A stretch of 64,000 nucleotides of DNA from Iphione sp. A-MEVVRFRX5 (GCA_976226885.1 OZ320320.1:84940001-85004000); one strand, 5' to 3'. Shown: positions 10,275 to 22,121, counted from the first letter of the stretch. A program made the numbers and translations. The notes: generated by a model not told the origin, from the sequence alone.

Positions 10275-13200
10275 CTGTATTCCTCCAAATCATGGTAAAA
10301 ACACGGCGACACGCTAAACGGAGGAACGTACGATGAAATGAAGCCTAATAGACTATTTCCTACGTTCAAGTAAAACTGGCCAACTGTCTGACGTGTAACA
10401 AACCTAATCACATGGTAATGTCCAGGGCTCACGATACATGTTGGCTGCTTGGTTCGCTTCTCTTAGTGGAGTGCATGGCACCTTAAAATGGTCACGGACC
10501 CGAAGCATGCCGAGAATAAACTCCCTTAAAGCCTAGAAAAGCCAGTCCCAACTAAACTTGCAGGGCCTTTTAGTGATCACTCAACCGTTGAAACATTTTC
10601 ATGGAAAAACACAGGATTACAGTGGTATATGATCTGTGATTTTATAACAATAAGTTATTACACCGCACCGGTCAGGTTCTGTTCTCAGCCTTCGTTCTGG
10701 AACAGCGGTACAGGTTCTGGGACAGCAGTCGGGTGAGTCCGATGAGGGAAAGTAAGCTCCCAGCAGATGTATGCTTTAGTTGGCAGGATTAACATGTGCA
10801 CACTGCAACATATAGAATCTTAACCAATTAGTGAGCACTGCATTCAGCATTGTGTACCAATAAGTCAGATTAACATTGCAACAAATCATCGGAGTCTAAC
10901 ATGGTTTCAAAGACATTCCCAATAACACCATCACTACAACTTCCCCAGAAAAAAGGGATCACCTGGCTATAATAGATCCCATATGCATCACATGGCCCTT
11001 TCCATAAATTATGAGCACTAAACAACATTTTCATTCTGCTCCTTATATCTCATAAAAGCTATACTTAAGAGTGCTTATACATGCAACTATACACTGTACA
11101 ACATTGTTTCTCATACAGTTAAGACAATTAAAGTTATTAGCATAGTGTTATCTTGGAATGACCACATTATTTCACTTAATGACATTCCATTTTCTTAGCA
11201 GCAACAATATCATCAACACACACTGTGTTACAATTTCACAAAGGCACCTACACCCCCTAAGCTACATTCCTGCCACATGGCTCCAGGCCTTTCTTATGCA
11301 TCAAAAACCACCGTATAACCACGGGACTGTCCCACCTTAGGAATGCACTCTTATTACTGGGAGAATTCTCAGTGTCATTTCTAGAAGAGAATAAAAGTAT
11401 CCTTATTCTTATTCATTAGTAACCACCCGGATTAAAACTGATACATAGGCACGTCAATTTTCAATCTTGATTGAGACTTTTTGTCCAGTTGGCAGCAATA
11501 TCCTCTATATAAAACATTAGTAACCTTGAGAGTTTCTATTGCTCATGTATGGAGATCCTAAAGGAGTGGTTATTCAACATAATGGTTTCCTTGAACATAC
11601 TGGTTTCAGAGGGCAGGCCCCCCGGCAGTACCTGATTATCTATGTGCCTATGATACCGTCTCAACAAAATTTCCAGTATTTGTTGGTATTTATTATATTC
11701 AAATTGAAATGTTTTTGTTAACCATCTCCTGTACAAGCAGAGTTTTCCATGGATGATAATGTAGTGTAATTAAAAAATGAACAGTGCGATTAGAGAAGAG
11801 AAGCAGCAGTCTCATACAATTAATCAACATAGAAAGTACAATATGTGTTACCACAAATAGACTGGAAATTACACGTGAACAAGTGGGAAACCCCAGATAT
11901 AGATATAAATGCTAATAACGTGATCTACTGTAAATGTAACAAATGTGTTTGAAACTGTGAGCAAGAAACCTTTGTTTACTCATCACAAAAATATCTGGTG
12001 CTACATAAAATATTCATTATTTATGAATTTTTGCAGAGCATATATATGCAGATAACATTGTTACAAAATCTTTTTCACTCCTGTAGTTCCCCTTCACCTC
12101 GAATCTGGTCAATGAGTGGATGCTATAAAGATGTTACAGAGCGGATGAACTCAATTGTGTGGGTGCCATCTTTAGAAAATGGACAAGCACCTTTGGTGCA
12201 CCTCACCCATATCATGCTAAATACCCTCCCACCCTCACCTCATGGTTTACTACCCTTGGTTCTGGGCAGGGGTCAAAGTACAAGGAGGTGTGTTACGTAA
12301 TAAAGAGATATTCCTACTCAGCTCTGAGAAAAGGCCATGTTTTGTGTGTTTCCTTTGTGTTCTCTTTTGTGTCAGAAAATATATGTAATTGTCCATGAAT
12401 ATAAAATTTGTTCCATAAACATATGAAAGAATGCAAATTATATCACCTTAAAACTGTCTCACACTCATGAGATGTCCTCCCCATGACCGTACTACTTTCA
12501 GGCAACGTTCGTATAGGTAGTGTAATAAGTGGGGAGGACTGAAACTTGAAAATTGATTAGTGACCTTGACATTTGTCACGCTTGGCTTGCCTGTTCACGT
12601 GCGCTGTAAGTCTGATGGTTTGTGAAGGACGGTACCGGAACCGGAACCTTTCAAGTTGGAGCTGTTTACTCAGTTGATATCCAGGCGAGGGACCAGGACA
12701 GTGACCTGCAAGTCAATCTGCAGGTACATCAGTTAATCTGCAGGTAGATCAGTCGACAATCCTGACCTCTAGTAGCCACTGAACCATGAACTGAACGACA
12801 TCCTGATTGCCTTTGACTTGTTTATGGACTAGGACCTCCATGTTATGGCTGAAACGTCTGCCAGATCAATTGTGTCTTCGTGAGTTCAGCGGACAGCGGG
12901 CTTATGTAGAAGGAGTGCAGTGGGCATATGCCAAAAATAATGTTGGCTTTAACATTGAGGAAATAAAATCTTAAATCATTAATGCTGTCAATATTGTAGT
13001 AACTATATAAACCTATACTCTTTGGTATCAAAACCATCTAGGTTTTCATGTAAACACCATGAAAATGTTAAGAACACGTTACAAGCCTAGAGGCATTTTT
13101 ATTTATTTTTAACACATACAGGTGTAAATATCCATAAATATGTATAAAAAGTGTAAGACGAAACGTATTTTAGACTACTTCTTTTCACAGTGCACTACAT

Positions 13201-13828
13201 AATGGAGATCCTTTGTACTTACACGGACTGCCACTGAGAAAGGATTGGTGCAGATAGGCAGCGAGGCGAGGCGGAGAAATGGCAGGGAAATCAGGGGGAG
13301 ATGAGGGTGTGGTAGCTAAAGGAACCTGAAGGCTATTCATCACTGGTCTGTGGTTAGGGTGTAGTGTAAACAGCGGATTGTTTAGGACTGCCTGTCTGAC
13401 ATGTTCGCTAAGTGGCAGGAATCTCTTGTGTTAGATATTCTGTGTATTTTAAACGTTTTACAGTTTATAGAAACTGTGGTACAATGTCACTCGAGATTTG
13501 AGATGGATGGTTGGATGATCAAAACGTTAGAGGATCACACAACAGCAATTCTACGACCATAAAAGAGCTTGAATGGTGTCATCCCGAAAAAAACACGGAG
13601 GAATTAAAATGTAATGGTCACCCCCAACATATAATGAAAGAAGTCGTATAATTTAAACACAATTCATTTGATTACAGATCGTATTTTCAGATAAGGGCTG
13701 TTCGTTTTTCCTCATCCTCAGAATGTGTAAACTCTATATTTGTAAGCAGACCATAATTATAGCCAACGTGAAGTAGATCCAAAAAGGTCCATGAAAGCTC
13801 CGCTGATCCCTCTCCTCCCCTCAACGGT

Positions 13829-13829
<1 letters not shown>

Positions 13830-13863
<34 letters not shown>
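13830..13863. repeat. (CA)n microsatellite
   Basis: Direct read. Confidence 0.98.
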
Positions 13864-13864
<1 letters not shown>

Positions 13865-14214
13865 AGCCAACCTACGCCCTCTACCCCAGAAAACTTGGCA
13901 TCGGTCGAGGCCTCCTCAACTTACTCCTGTATTTTCCTTCACGATCTTACAGTTGAGAATAAGCCGAAAAACAAAAAAAAAACAAAACAGTATTCCTATA
14001 GTATGTAAGAAAGATAGTTGATCCAGGTGTGCAATCAAGGAGTGAAAAGACGGGCGGGGTTGGTCGTGTTTGCAAAGACCTACGCGCATCTTTTTTTAAA
14101 AGCACACTTAATGTTATTTCACCTGACTAGATATGATTCATGCAGTATATCTCTGTTTTCACCTGAGGTAAATATCTGGTGGTTATACGTAGTTTATCCA
14201 TGCCATGTGTTGCG

Positions 14215-15428
14215 CACATTACCATATAGATGCAGGCGTAGAGTGGAGTGTTTCATACATTACGACATAGATTCATGCATACAGCAAAGTATTTCATACA
14301 TTACCACATAGATTCATGCATACAGCAAAGTATTTCATACATTACCACATAGATTCATGCATACAGCAAAGTATTTCATACATTACCACATAGATACATG
14401 CATACAGTGGAGTGTTTCATATATTACCATATAGATACAGGAGAAACTTACTTTGCGACCACCAGTTTGGTCGCCCCAAAATGGTTGTAATAGCGAATAT
14501 GGTCGCAAAGCAATAATTTGACCCCCCCCCTCTCCCTCTCTCTCTACTGACATGTGGATTCTCTCTGAAACGTCCAAAAAGTGCCGAATTTGATAACTTT
14601 AAGTCCAAAAAGTGCTGATTTTGATGACTAAACGTCCAAAAACTGCTGATTTTGATGAATTTAAGTCCAAAAAGTGCTGAATTTGATGACTAAAAGTGAC
14701 TAAAAGAGGTGTGAGGAACATCAGAGACCACTCCTGGCCAACCTCTCCAAGGTGAGATACCATCAAAGACGTCACAGTTGATGCCCGCGACCACTCCCGC
14801 CACCCTCTCCAAGGTGAGAGAACATCAGAGAAGTTGCAGGGTGAGAAAATGGTCTGAAAGCAATACTAAAATATACTGAAAACGACCCTAGGAGGTGTGG
14901 TCAGAGGCTGAGAATGGTCGGAAATCAATATGGTCAGAAAGTAAGAGACTACCATATAGGATATTTACTGAATTAATTCCGTTCTGACCTAAAATGGTTG
15001 CAATGGTCGTCTTGGTCGCAAAGTGATGAGGTCGCAAAGTAAGATTCTCCTGTACATGTAGGCAGGAGAGTGTTGAATACATTACCATATAGATGCATGT
15101 ATGCAGGGGAGTGTTTCATACATTACGACATAGATTCATGCATACAGCAGAGTGTTTCATACATTACCACATAAATATATGTGTACGGTGGAGTGTTACA
15201 TACATTACCTTATAGATACATGCATACATGGGAGTGTTGAATACATTACCACATAGATACATGTATACAGTGGAGTATTTCATATATAACCATATAGATA
15301 CATGTATACAGTGGAGTGTTAGATATACATTACCACATAGTTACAGGCATACAGTGGAGTATTTCATATATAACTATATAGATACAGGCATACAGTGGAG
15401 TATTTCATACATTACCACATAGTTACAG
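14215..15428 (+). repeat. 41-bp minisatellite split by a MITE insertion (arms ~14215-14437 and 15053-15428)
   Basis: Unit catacattaccacatagattcatgcatacagcaaagtattt occurs on both sides of the MITE. Confidence 0.9.
14438..15052 (+). mobile_element. Non-autonomous Tc1/mariner-type element with internal tandem arrays
   Basis: TIRs CAGGAGAAACTTACTTTGCGACC / GGTCGCAAAGTAAGATTCTCCTG with TA duplication; same family as 40121-40976. Confidence 0.9.
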
Positions 15429-16269
15429 GTGCACCTTGGTGTGCTGCTAGAAGAGTCCTATCGGGAGGATGGCCAATGACCTATTCCAGTTGATTTACAC
15501 TGGAACCAGCTGTTTCCCTTTTTAAGGCCTACTGTCCATGCACCATGTTGCATGCTTTCAAGACCCTGACGCCATGTTGAGCTCTCGCTCTCTTGCCATG
15601 CTTGCACGTATCTGTGCAGCGTGTTCATCATGCTTAGTAGATAAGCACAATTCACACTCTAAATATGCATACATGATCGTGGTGGAATGGGACATGTTCC
15701 ATTCCAAAAAGCACACCACATGGAAGCACATATTACATGGTACACAGTATTGCAGACATATGGTTAGGCTCTTCGTGATAAGCATAGTTTCCAATTCCCA
15801 CCATGAAAATATAGCAGCATGCCCCTGAATACACAGACACATGGAAATAAAGCTTTAACAGAAAAATAATATACAAAAACATGGTAAAAGGGTATGGCCA
15901 TATCACCAATACAGTCACTGCCAGCTCTGCTTATCTCCGTAACTTTGGTGTGTAGGAGGCTTATTGAACAGCAATGCAGTCAGGCATCGCCTAAAGACAG
16001 TTGACCTCTTGGGCAAACAACAAATTACTAACATAAAAACTTAACACTCAAGGCTTTATTTCCATGTGCACATGCTCCCATGGCCCTGCTGCTGTTTTAC
16101 TGGTGTTGTAATGAGACTATGACTATCTACTGTGTGTTTATAATAGGAGTGATACGAGGCTATGCTCTGCTGTCTTGGGGGTAAACTACTGTGTGTTTAT
16201 AGATTCACTATACCATGTCTATGGCCATTTCTCTTGTTCTTGACAAATATTGATCTGGTGCTGCATAGT

Positions 16270-16380
16270 AATGGGGTCGCATGAGGGGTGGCGCCCTCTT
16301 GGGCCTTCATTGCTCAACAGCTGGCGTTTCCCTGCCCACTGGTCAGTCTGCCACCGACCACGGGCAGGGAAACATCGATA
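16270..16380 (+). repeat. Split direct repeat A1
   Basis: Identical by eye to 20577-20687. Confidence 0.95.
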
Positions 16381-17549
16381 TGGCTCCACGCAAGAAAAAG
16401 GGTGCGGCCAATCAACCACCAGCACCGGTGCCTACGCAGCCGGCTACTCGGTCGTCTGAACCAAAGCCGGCTACTCGGTCGTCTGAACCAAAGTCAGGCC
16501 CGCCTGACTCCAAGCCTGGTAATTCTACCGACGAAGTGGCACCGAAGAAACCTCCAACCATCCGTACTCTCCTTGAAAAAATAGTGAGAATGGACGAAAC
16601 CTTGCAGGACCTCGTGGCCGACCGGGAGAGGGAGAAGGTGAGACGCAAAGCAGTTAGGCGGGCTGCTCGAGTGACCGCTACAACTGCACGCCGTCGCTCG
16701 AGTAAAAAAGTCACCGCCTCATGCTCTCGTCCTTCGCATGGCTCGTCCTCCGACTCCGACTCCGACTCAACCCCACAGGCCAAGACGAAGAAGAAGAAGG
16801 TCCGCAACGTATACGTCGGGCGGGACCCGGAGATACGCCGCCTGTCTGACACTATGGACTCTGAGAAGGTTCGCTTCCCTAAGACACACGGTAAGAAGAT
16901 ATACGACCCGGTCAAGGACCGGCTCGCACGTTTCCCTAAACCGTACATGTCTCTCCCGTCCAATATGTTAGATGCAGTGAGGTCCCGCCCTTCACCAGAC
17001 GATTTAAACATTTTCGAACATGTCATTGGCCTGACCGCATTCGCGAAGGCCTCCAAGCACTCTGCTTATATAGTCAAGCACATTGCAGACGTGTGCGAAG
17101 ACGCTATGACCTGTCGCTGGGAGGCCGTACGCGGGTGGTCTCTATCCGTGATTGACGACATCAATCATGGCGTCCTCACCTGGGACCAGCAGGACAAGAT
17201 CCAGGCAACGCGCACGTGGCTGTCGCTCATCAAGGGCACAATCCCGGATGATATCCGTAAACACCCCTGCCCCTTGTATAATGTTGATGCATGCCCCGAC
17301 CAGGACGGGCACACCTCTAATGGCCTCACAATGGCCCATCGGTGTGCCGTGTGCTGGTACGGGGTGGGGAACAGGGAGTGTGCCCATTCGGCAGCCGCGT
17401 GCACCCACAAGGCCAAGCTCTACACCAAACATGATCAGCCGGCTCAGTCTACGCGCGATCCAAGACCCGTCAACTCCGACAGACCCCCCTATAGGAGGCA
17501 AGATCGTGGTGACAAGATAGAGCCTCTCGTTCCAGTGCCAAAAAACTAG
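16380..17549 (+). CDS. gag: Gag-like ORF1 of the Ngaro element, 389 aa
   Basis: ATG at 16380 (MAPRKKK). C-terminal Cys/His cluster CPLYNVDAC...H...HRCAVCW...CAH...C resembles DIRS/Ngaro Gag zinc fingers. Ends PKN*. Confidence 0.8.
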   Translation: MAPRKKKGAANQPPAPVPTQPATRSSEPKPATRSSEPKSGPPDSKPGNSTDEVAPKKPPTIRTLLEKIVRMDETLQDLVADREREKVRRKAVRRAARVTATTARRRSSKKVTASCSRPSHGSSSDSDSDSTPQAKTKKKKVRNVYVGRDPEIRRLSDTMDSEKVRFPKTHGKKIYDPVKDRLARFPKPYMSLPSNMLDAVRSRPSPDDLNIFEHVIGLTAFAKASKHSAYIVKHIADVCEDAMTCRWEAVRGWSLSVIDDINHGVLTWDQQDKIQATRTWLSLIKGTIPDDIRKHPCPLYNVDACPDQDGHTSNGLTMAHRCAVCWYGVGNRECAHSAAACTHKAKLYTKHDQPAQSTRDPRPVNSDRPPYRRQDRGDKIEPLVPVPKN

Positions 17550-19427
17550 ACTGGCCCACGGCCAGCTATGACCATTCCCTCCCTGCCAACCCCCTCCCTA
17601 CTCCCAGTACTCCAACACCTCAGCCCACTGCTCTGGTAGAACCGACACTCGGTTCTCCAATACCCCCCACTTCTGCCCCAGGTGCACCACCTGGGATCGA
17701 TGCCCAACACTGCGAACACGTCTCACCTGTTCGCACAGATCCCCGGGCCCCCCTCAGCTACCTCCCACACCGACCCGGTACTCCTGAAATACCACCAGTT
17801 ATACCCACATCGGATACCGACTCAGTCAGCAACATTGATTCTCCCCCTTGGTTCACTGTTCGCCTAGATGCTCATCGCCAGCTTACCTGGCCCTCCCTAA
17901 TACCTGGTAACCATGACTCTCTTGTTCACATTTATGATGGTGTCCGCTCGCTAGGCTCCCCCAATGCTCTGGGCGCCAGAATTCCTGTGTTATCCCCGTT
18001 GGACATATCAGCCTGGGCGAATCTTACCACGGGTCACCCACATGATATGTTCATAATCGATGGCATGCGCTATGGTTTCTCCCTGCAATATGCTGGCCCA
18101 CCCTTGAATAATGATCTCGATGTACATAATCACCCTACTGCAAATATTTTCCATGATTACGTGTCTGAATACATACGGCTCGAGTGTCAACTGGGAGCCT
18201 TGGTTGGACCATATAAGTCGTCACCGTTTGTCCCATGGTTTAACGTCTCCCCCCTGATGACTTCCCCTAAGTCTGACGGGGGGAGGCGTGTCATAGTTGA
18301 CTTGTCTTATGCGACCTCAGACATAAATCGTTTTATACAAAAAGGTTTTTCTTATGCCACACCAGTGTCACACTCACTCCCTACAATTGATATGCTCACG
18401 AACCTCATCGTAAATACCTCTGACCCAGTCTTGTCTGTGATAGATCTCAAGAGGGCATACAGGCATTTTCCTGTGTGCCCTCTTGACTGGCCCCTCTTGG
18501 GTATATGGTTTGACAGCTACTTTTACTTTGACACTGTGCTCCCCTTTGGCTCAAGAACGAGCTCTTTTATAATGCAGAGAATAGCTGAATACATTCTTCG
18601 CCATCTCACAGATGTTAATATCACGGCACTAATGTATTTAGATGATTTGGTATTGGTATCCGCAGGTTTTGATTGTGCAAAAGAGCAGTATGAGTATGTG
18701 TTACATCTCCTACGAAGCCTCGGTCTTACCATAGCAGATAAGAAGCTCCAACCCCCAGCCAAAATGGTTATGTGGCTGGGTATTGTAGTTGATACGCATT
18801 CAGGTACGCTCCATATCCCACGAGCCAAAATCTGTGACTATAATGTCTTCTTTAAAAAGTTCATTCATACTTCCGTTGTGCCGTTGTCTGAGGCACAGAG
18901 CCTAGCAGGAAAAATCAATCACTTAGGTAAGATTGTCACTCCCGCACGTTCATTTATGTCATCTGTACTTACCCAGATTTCAGGTCAGCAAGCGGACAGA
19001 GTGGTTGTCTCCGATCAGCTGAAGCATGATATACAGTGGTTGATTCAATTCACCGCCGCCTTCAATGGCCGCTCCTTCTATACTAGGCCCCCGCCATGCC
19101 TTACTATAGTTGCTGATGCGTGTCTCGAAGGGGCGGGTGCTTCAGACTACACCCATTTCTACGATCAATTGCCTTGCCGCAATTAGACATTTCGCATACA
19201 TAGCCCCGCCAGGCTCTCATGTGCGCGTCCAGTGTGACAACATGGCAACAGTCTGTGCTATGCAGGCTGGCCGTGCCTCAGACCAAATTATCAATCACTG
19301 TGTCAGAATTGCCGCTTATGTTAAGAGCTTGCTTGCTATTCATGTCACCTTTGAACATGTCCCGGGCACTGATATGCATTTGGCTGACGCTCTCTCTAGG
19401 TATCACACGTCTGTACAAAACGAATGA
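17546..19427 (+). pseudogene. pol: Pol (RT + RNase H) of the Ngaro element, frameshifted in RNase H at ~19162
   Basis: Frame is open 17495-19186 with IDLKRAYRH, LPFGSRTS, YLDD and RNase H start ADAC. RNase H continues in another frame (CDN...HVPGTDMHLADALSR, stop at 19427). Confidence 0.9.
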
Positions 19428-19513
19428 GAAGCTGAATGATTGATCTCGATGTATAAATTAACACGCACCCATTTTAACTCCTTGGCCATTAACTTCGACT
19501 ATTTTTGCACCAG

Positions 19514-20424
19514 ATCCTGTGCTTCAAGACTGGTTAAACCGAGCTGAAAGGAGGCAAGCACAGGCCATACGACCAGGCACCCAGGCCAACCGTCGCTCCG
19601 CCGTTCGCAAGTTCATCGGTTTTTGTCAACGCCATCACATTGACCATGAACTGCCTCAACCGCACGAGATATGTGCATATATTGAGTACCTTAGTGACCA
19701 TTTGTCGCCTGACTCTGTGGCTAATAACGTCAGTGCAGTGAAGAGTCATCACCTTGATATGGGCCGTGCGCCGACTCCCTGGAATGCTAGATGCGTATCC
19801 AATGCCTTACGTGCTGTGCAGCTGGTTGAGCGTCGGGGAGAACCTGCCCGATCTCGCCTGCCGGTTGATGATCAACTCTTAATCAGGGTCATAGAAGTCC
19901 TCGAGTGGAGGAGGTTTGGCTACACCACCTTCTTTGCTGTGCTACTACTGTTTAAATCGTTGTTGAGACAGTCTAACTTGTGCCCCCGGTCATGTAAAGA
20001 GTTTGACGCCACTAGGCAACTCTGCAGGCGAGACATTTCATTTCAAACCAACTCTGTTATCCTATTCGTGAGATGGTCTAAAACTCGCCAGTCCCTGTCA
20101 CACCCAATTAAGCTGACATTCTCTGACGATGGTTCCCCCTTAATCGTTAAGAAGTACTACCAACAGATGCTCGCTGAGGCGCCTACTGTGTCACCTGCCC
20201 AGCCACTCATATGTTTCTCTTATACCTTGGAGGCCATGTCCATTCCCTTCCTTCGGAAGGAATGGAAATCTGCGCTCACCGTCTTGAATACCCCAAGTGT
20301 TTATACCCTGCATGGTCTCCGTCATGGGGGAGCGAGACATGCCCAGAAGTGTGGTGAATCAAAGTCGCGTATTTGCCGCAGAGGTGACTGGAGGTCGAAC
20401 GCTTCCAAGGTTTATTTTGATTAG
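19514..20424 (+). CDS. Tyrosine recombinase (YR) of the Ngaro element; no in-frame ATG near its start
   Basis: Catalytic-type motifs LLRQSNL (R), HGLRHGGA (HxxR) and GDWRSNASKVY (W...Y). Frame is open from 19462. Confidence 0.88.
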
Positions 20425-20433
20425 CCCTCTTTT

Positions 20434-20870
20434 GGCCATTTACAATACAATTATTACATCTTTTATCTCTTAACCCACCGGATTTATGACAATGTGATTA
20501 ACAACTGTGATTTTCGTGGTATCTTATTGTCATGTTTAAATAAAATGTTTTAAGCCCACGCCTGCTGTCTGTGATCAATGGGGTCGCATGAGGGGTGGCG
20601 CCCTCTTGGGCCTTCATTGCTCAACAGCTGGCGTTTCCCTGCCCACTGGTCAGTCTGCCACCGACCACGGGCAGGGAAACATCGATACCATCCCACCCAC
20701 CCTGCAATTATATGTAACTTGTTACTAGGGCCATTTACAATACAATTATTACATCTTTTATCTCTTAACCCACCGGATTTATGACAATGTGATTAACAAC
20801 TGTGATTTTCGTGGTATCTTATTGTCATGTTTAAATAAAATGTTTTAAGCCCACGCCTGCTGTCTGTGAT
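20434..20870 (+). repeat. 3' split repeat block B1-A2-(41-bp spacer)-B2
   Basis: B1 20434-20575, A2 20577-20687, B2 20729-20870. Confidence 0.95.
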
Positions 20871-21972
20871 GAATGATGCATCTAATTATGTAAGATTTGT
20901 AACTATTGGATAAATGTATAATATGAGGGTGCAAGGATCTAACAATTTACTATAATTCAGTCAACTACATCTTCAACATAAATCATAATGTGGAATATTC
21001 TTAAAACATAATTCAGCTTATCTCTTAATGCTAGTCAGTTGATGGTTTGTCCGTCATTATACCAAGAGAAATGAAGGTCTATAGAGAAATGTTTTGCTAT
21101 TTACTCTGGCATCACCCCAAACATTTGCTTTGTCTGCGAGTGCGGCTACTGGAACTGTATACCGAAGTCCTGGAGAGTGTTTCCATGTGACTGTGCAGGA
21201 CGATGCTGCCATGGCCATCAAGGTCACTGTGGTTTCAAATTTGGACATGTCCCAATTTTTCACAGTCATGCCCTCATGTGTAGCATAGACGGTTCAAGGA
21301 AAAGAGAAGTCCTTTTAGAAGATGAAGCAATCATTTAGATGTGTTTGATGGGAAACCACATATTTCCGCATAACCTGAAGTAAAAAACTGCGCAATGTCA
21401 AGGTTTTTGGTACAATTTCCATATATGACGAGGAAAAAACACACAATATCAAGACTTTGGCGCTGTCACATCTACACATACATATACATACCTGTATACA
21501 TACATTCTTTTTCTCTTTTTTTTTCACATACTAACCAATGGAGAGTTTTACCCCAGGTGTTCACACGTGCATACTGCCCTCATGGCAGCAGTTGTCCCAA
21601 TAGGAGGGTAGAAGGTACCACACATACGGAGCAATTAAACGTACAATGAAACTTTATGATGGTGGAAAAGGAGAGGAGGACAACCCCACAGTCAGTGAGT
21701 GACACCCATTTACCATCATCAGAAGGATTGCTTGCCTCTAACACATGGAACCACCTTCTTGAGTCCCGGAGTCAGTTCAGGGTTGAAGGTGTGTAGACTG
21801 TATTCATGGGAAGGGAACACCCCATGACAGAGTTTGTTTGGTCGTACCGGGTTCTACACTGGAGTATTATGTTCAGAATATACATTCATTTTCTCCATAT
21901 GCAAAGCACACAAACACCATTGTAACACAAACACAATGATGCACTTCCAAGTGCTGTGTTCCCTCATGAAAG

Positions 21973-22121
21973 CAACCCCGGGTATTCTGGTCTCTCAATT
22001 CTCAACAATAGATGGTAGTATGCTACCCCAGGAGGATATGGAAGAGCTCTGTCATGTGATAGAGAATATCTAGTTCCTGGTTAAAGATACAGTGAAATGA
22101 AATGAAAAAAAATGAAATGAA
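21973..22121 (+). mobile_element. 5'-truncated copy of the tRNA-derived SINE
   Basis: Matches the 3' half of 34494-34849, including the (TGAAA)n tail. Confidence 0.85.

Larger units (their letters stand above)
16270..20875 (+). mobile_element. Ngaro-type (DIRS order) tyrosine-recombinase retrotransposon
   Basis: Split direct repeats: A1 16270-16380 = A2 20577-20687 (111 bp) and B1 20434-20575 = B2 20729-20870 (142 bp). Order is gag, RT/RNase H, YR, with no room for a methyltransferase ORF. Confidence 0.92.

Noticed and set aside
16412-17501. Antisense ORFs over gag
   Set aside because: GC-rich shadow frames with no recognisable motifs
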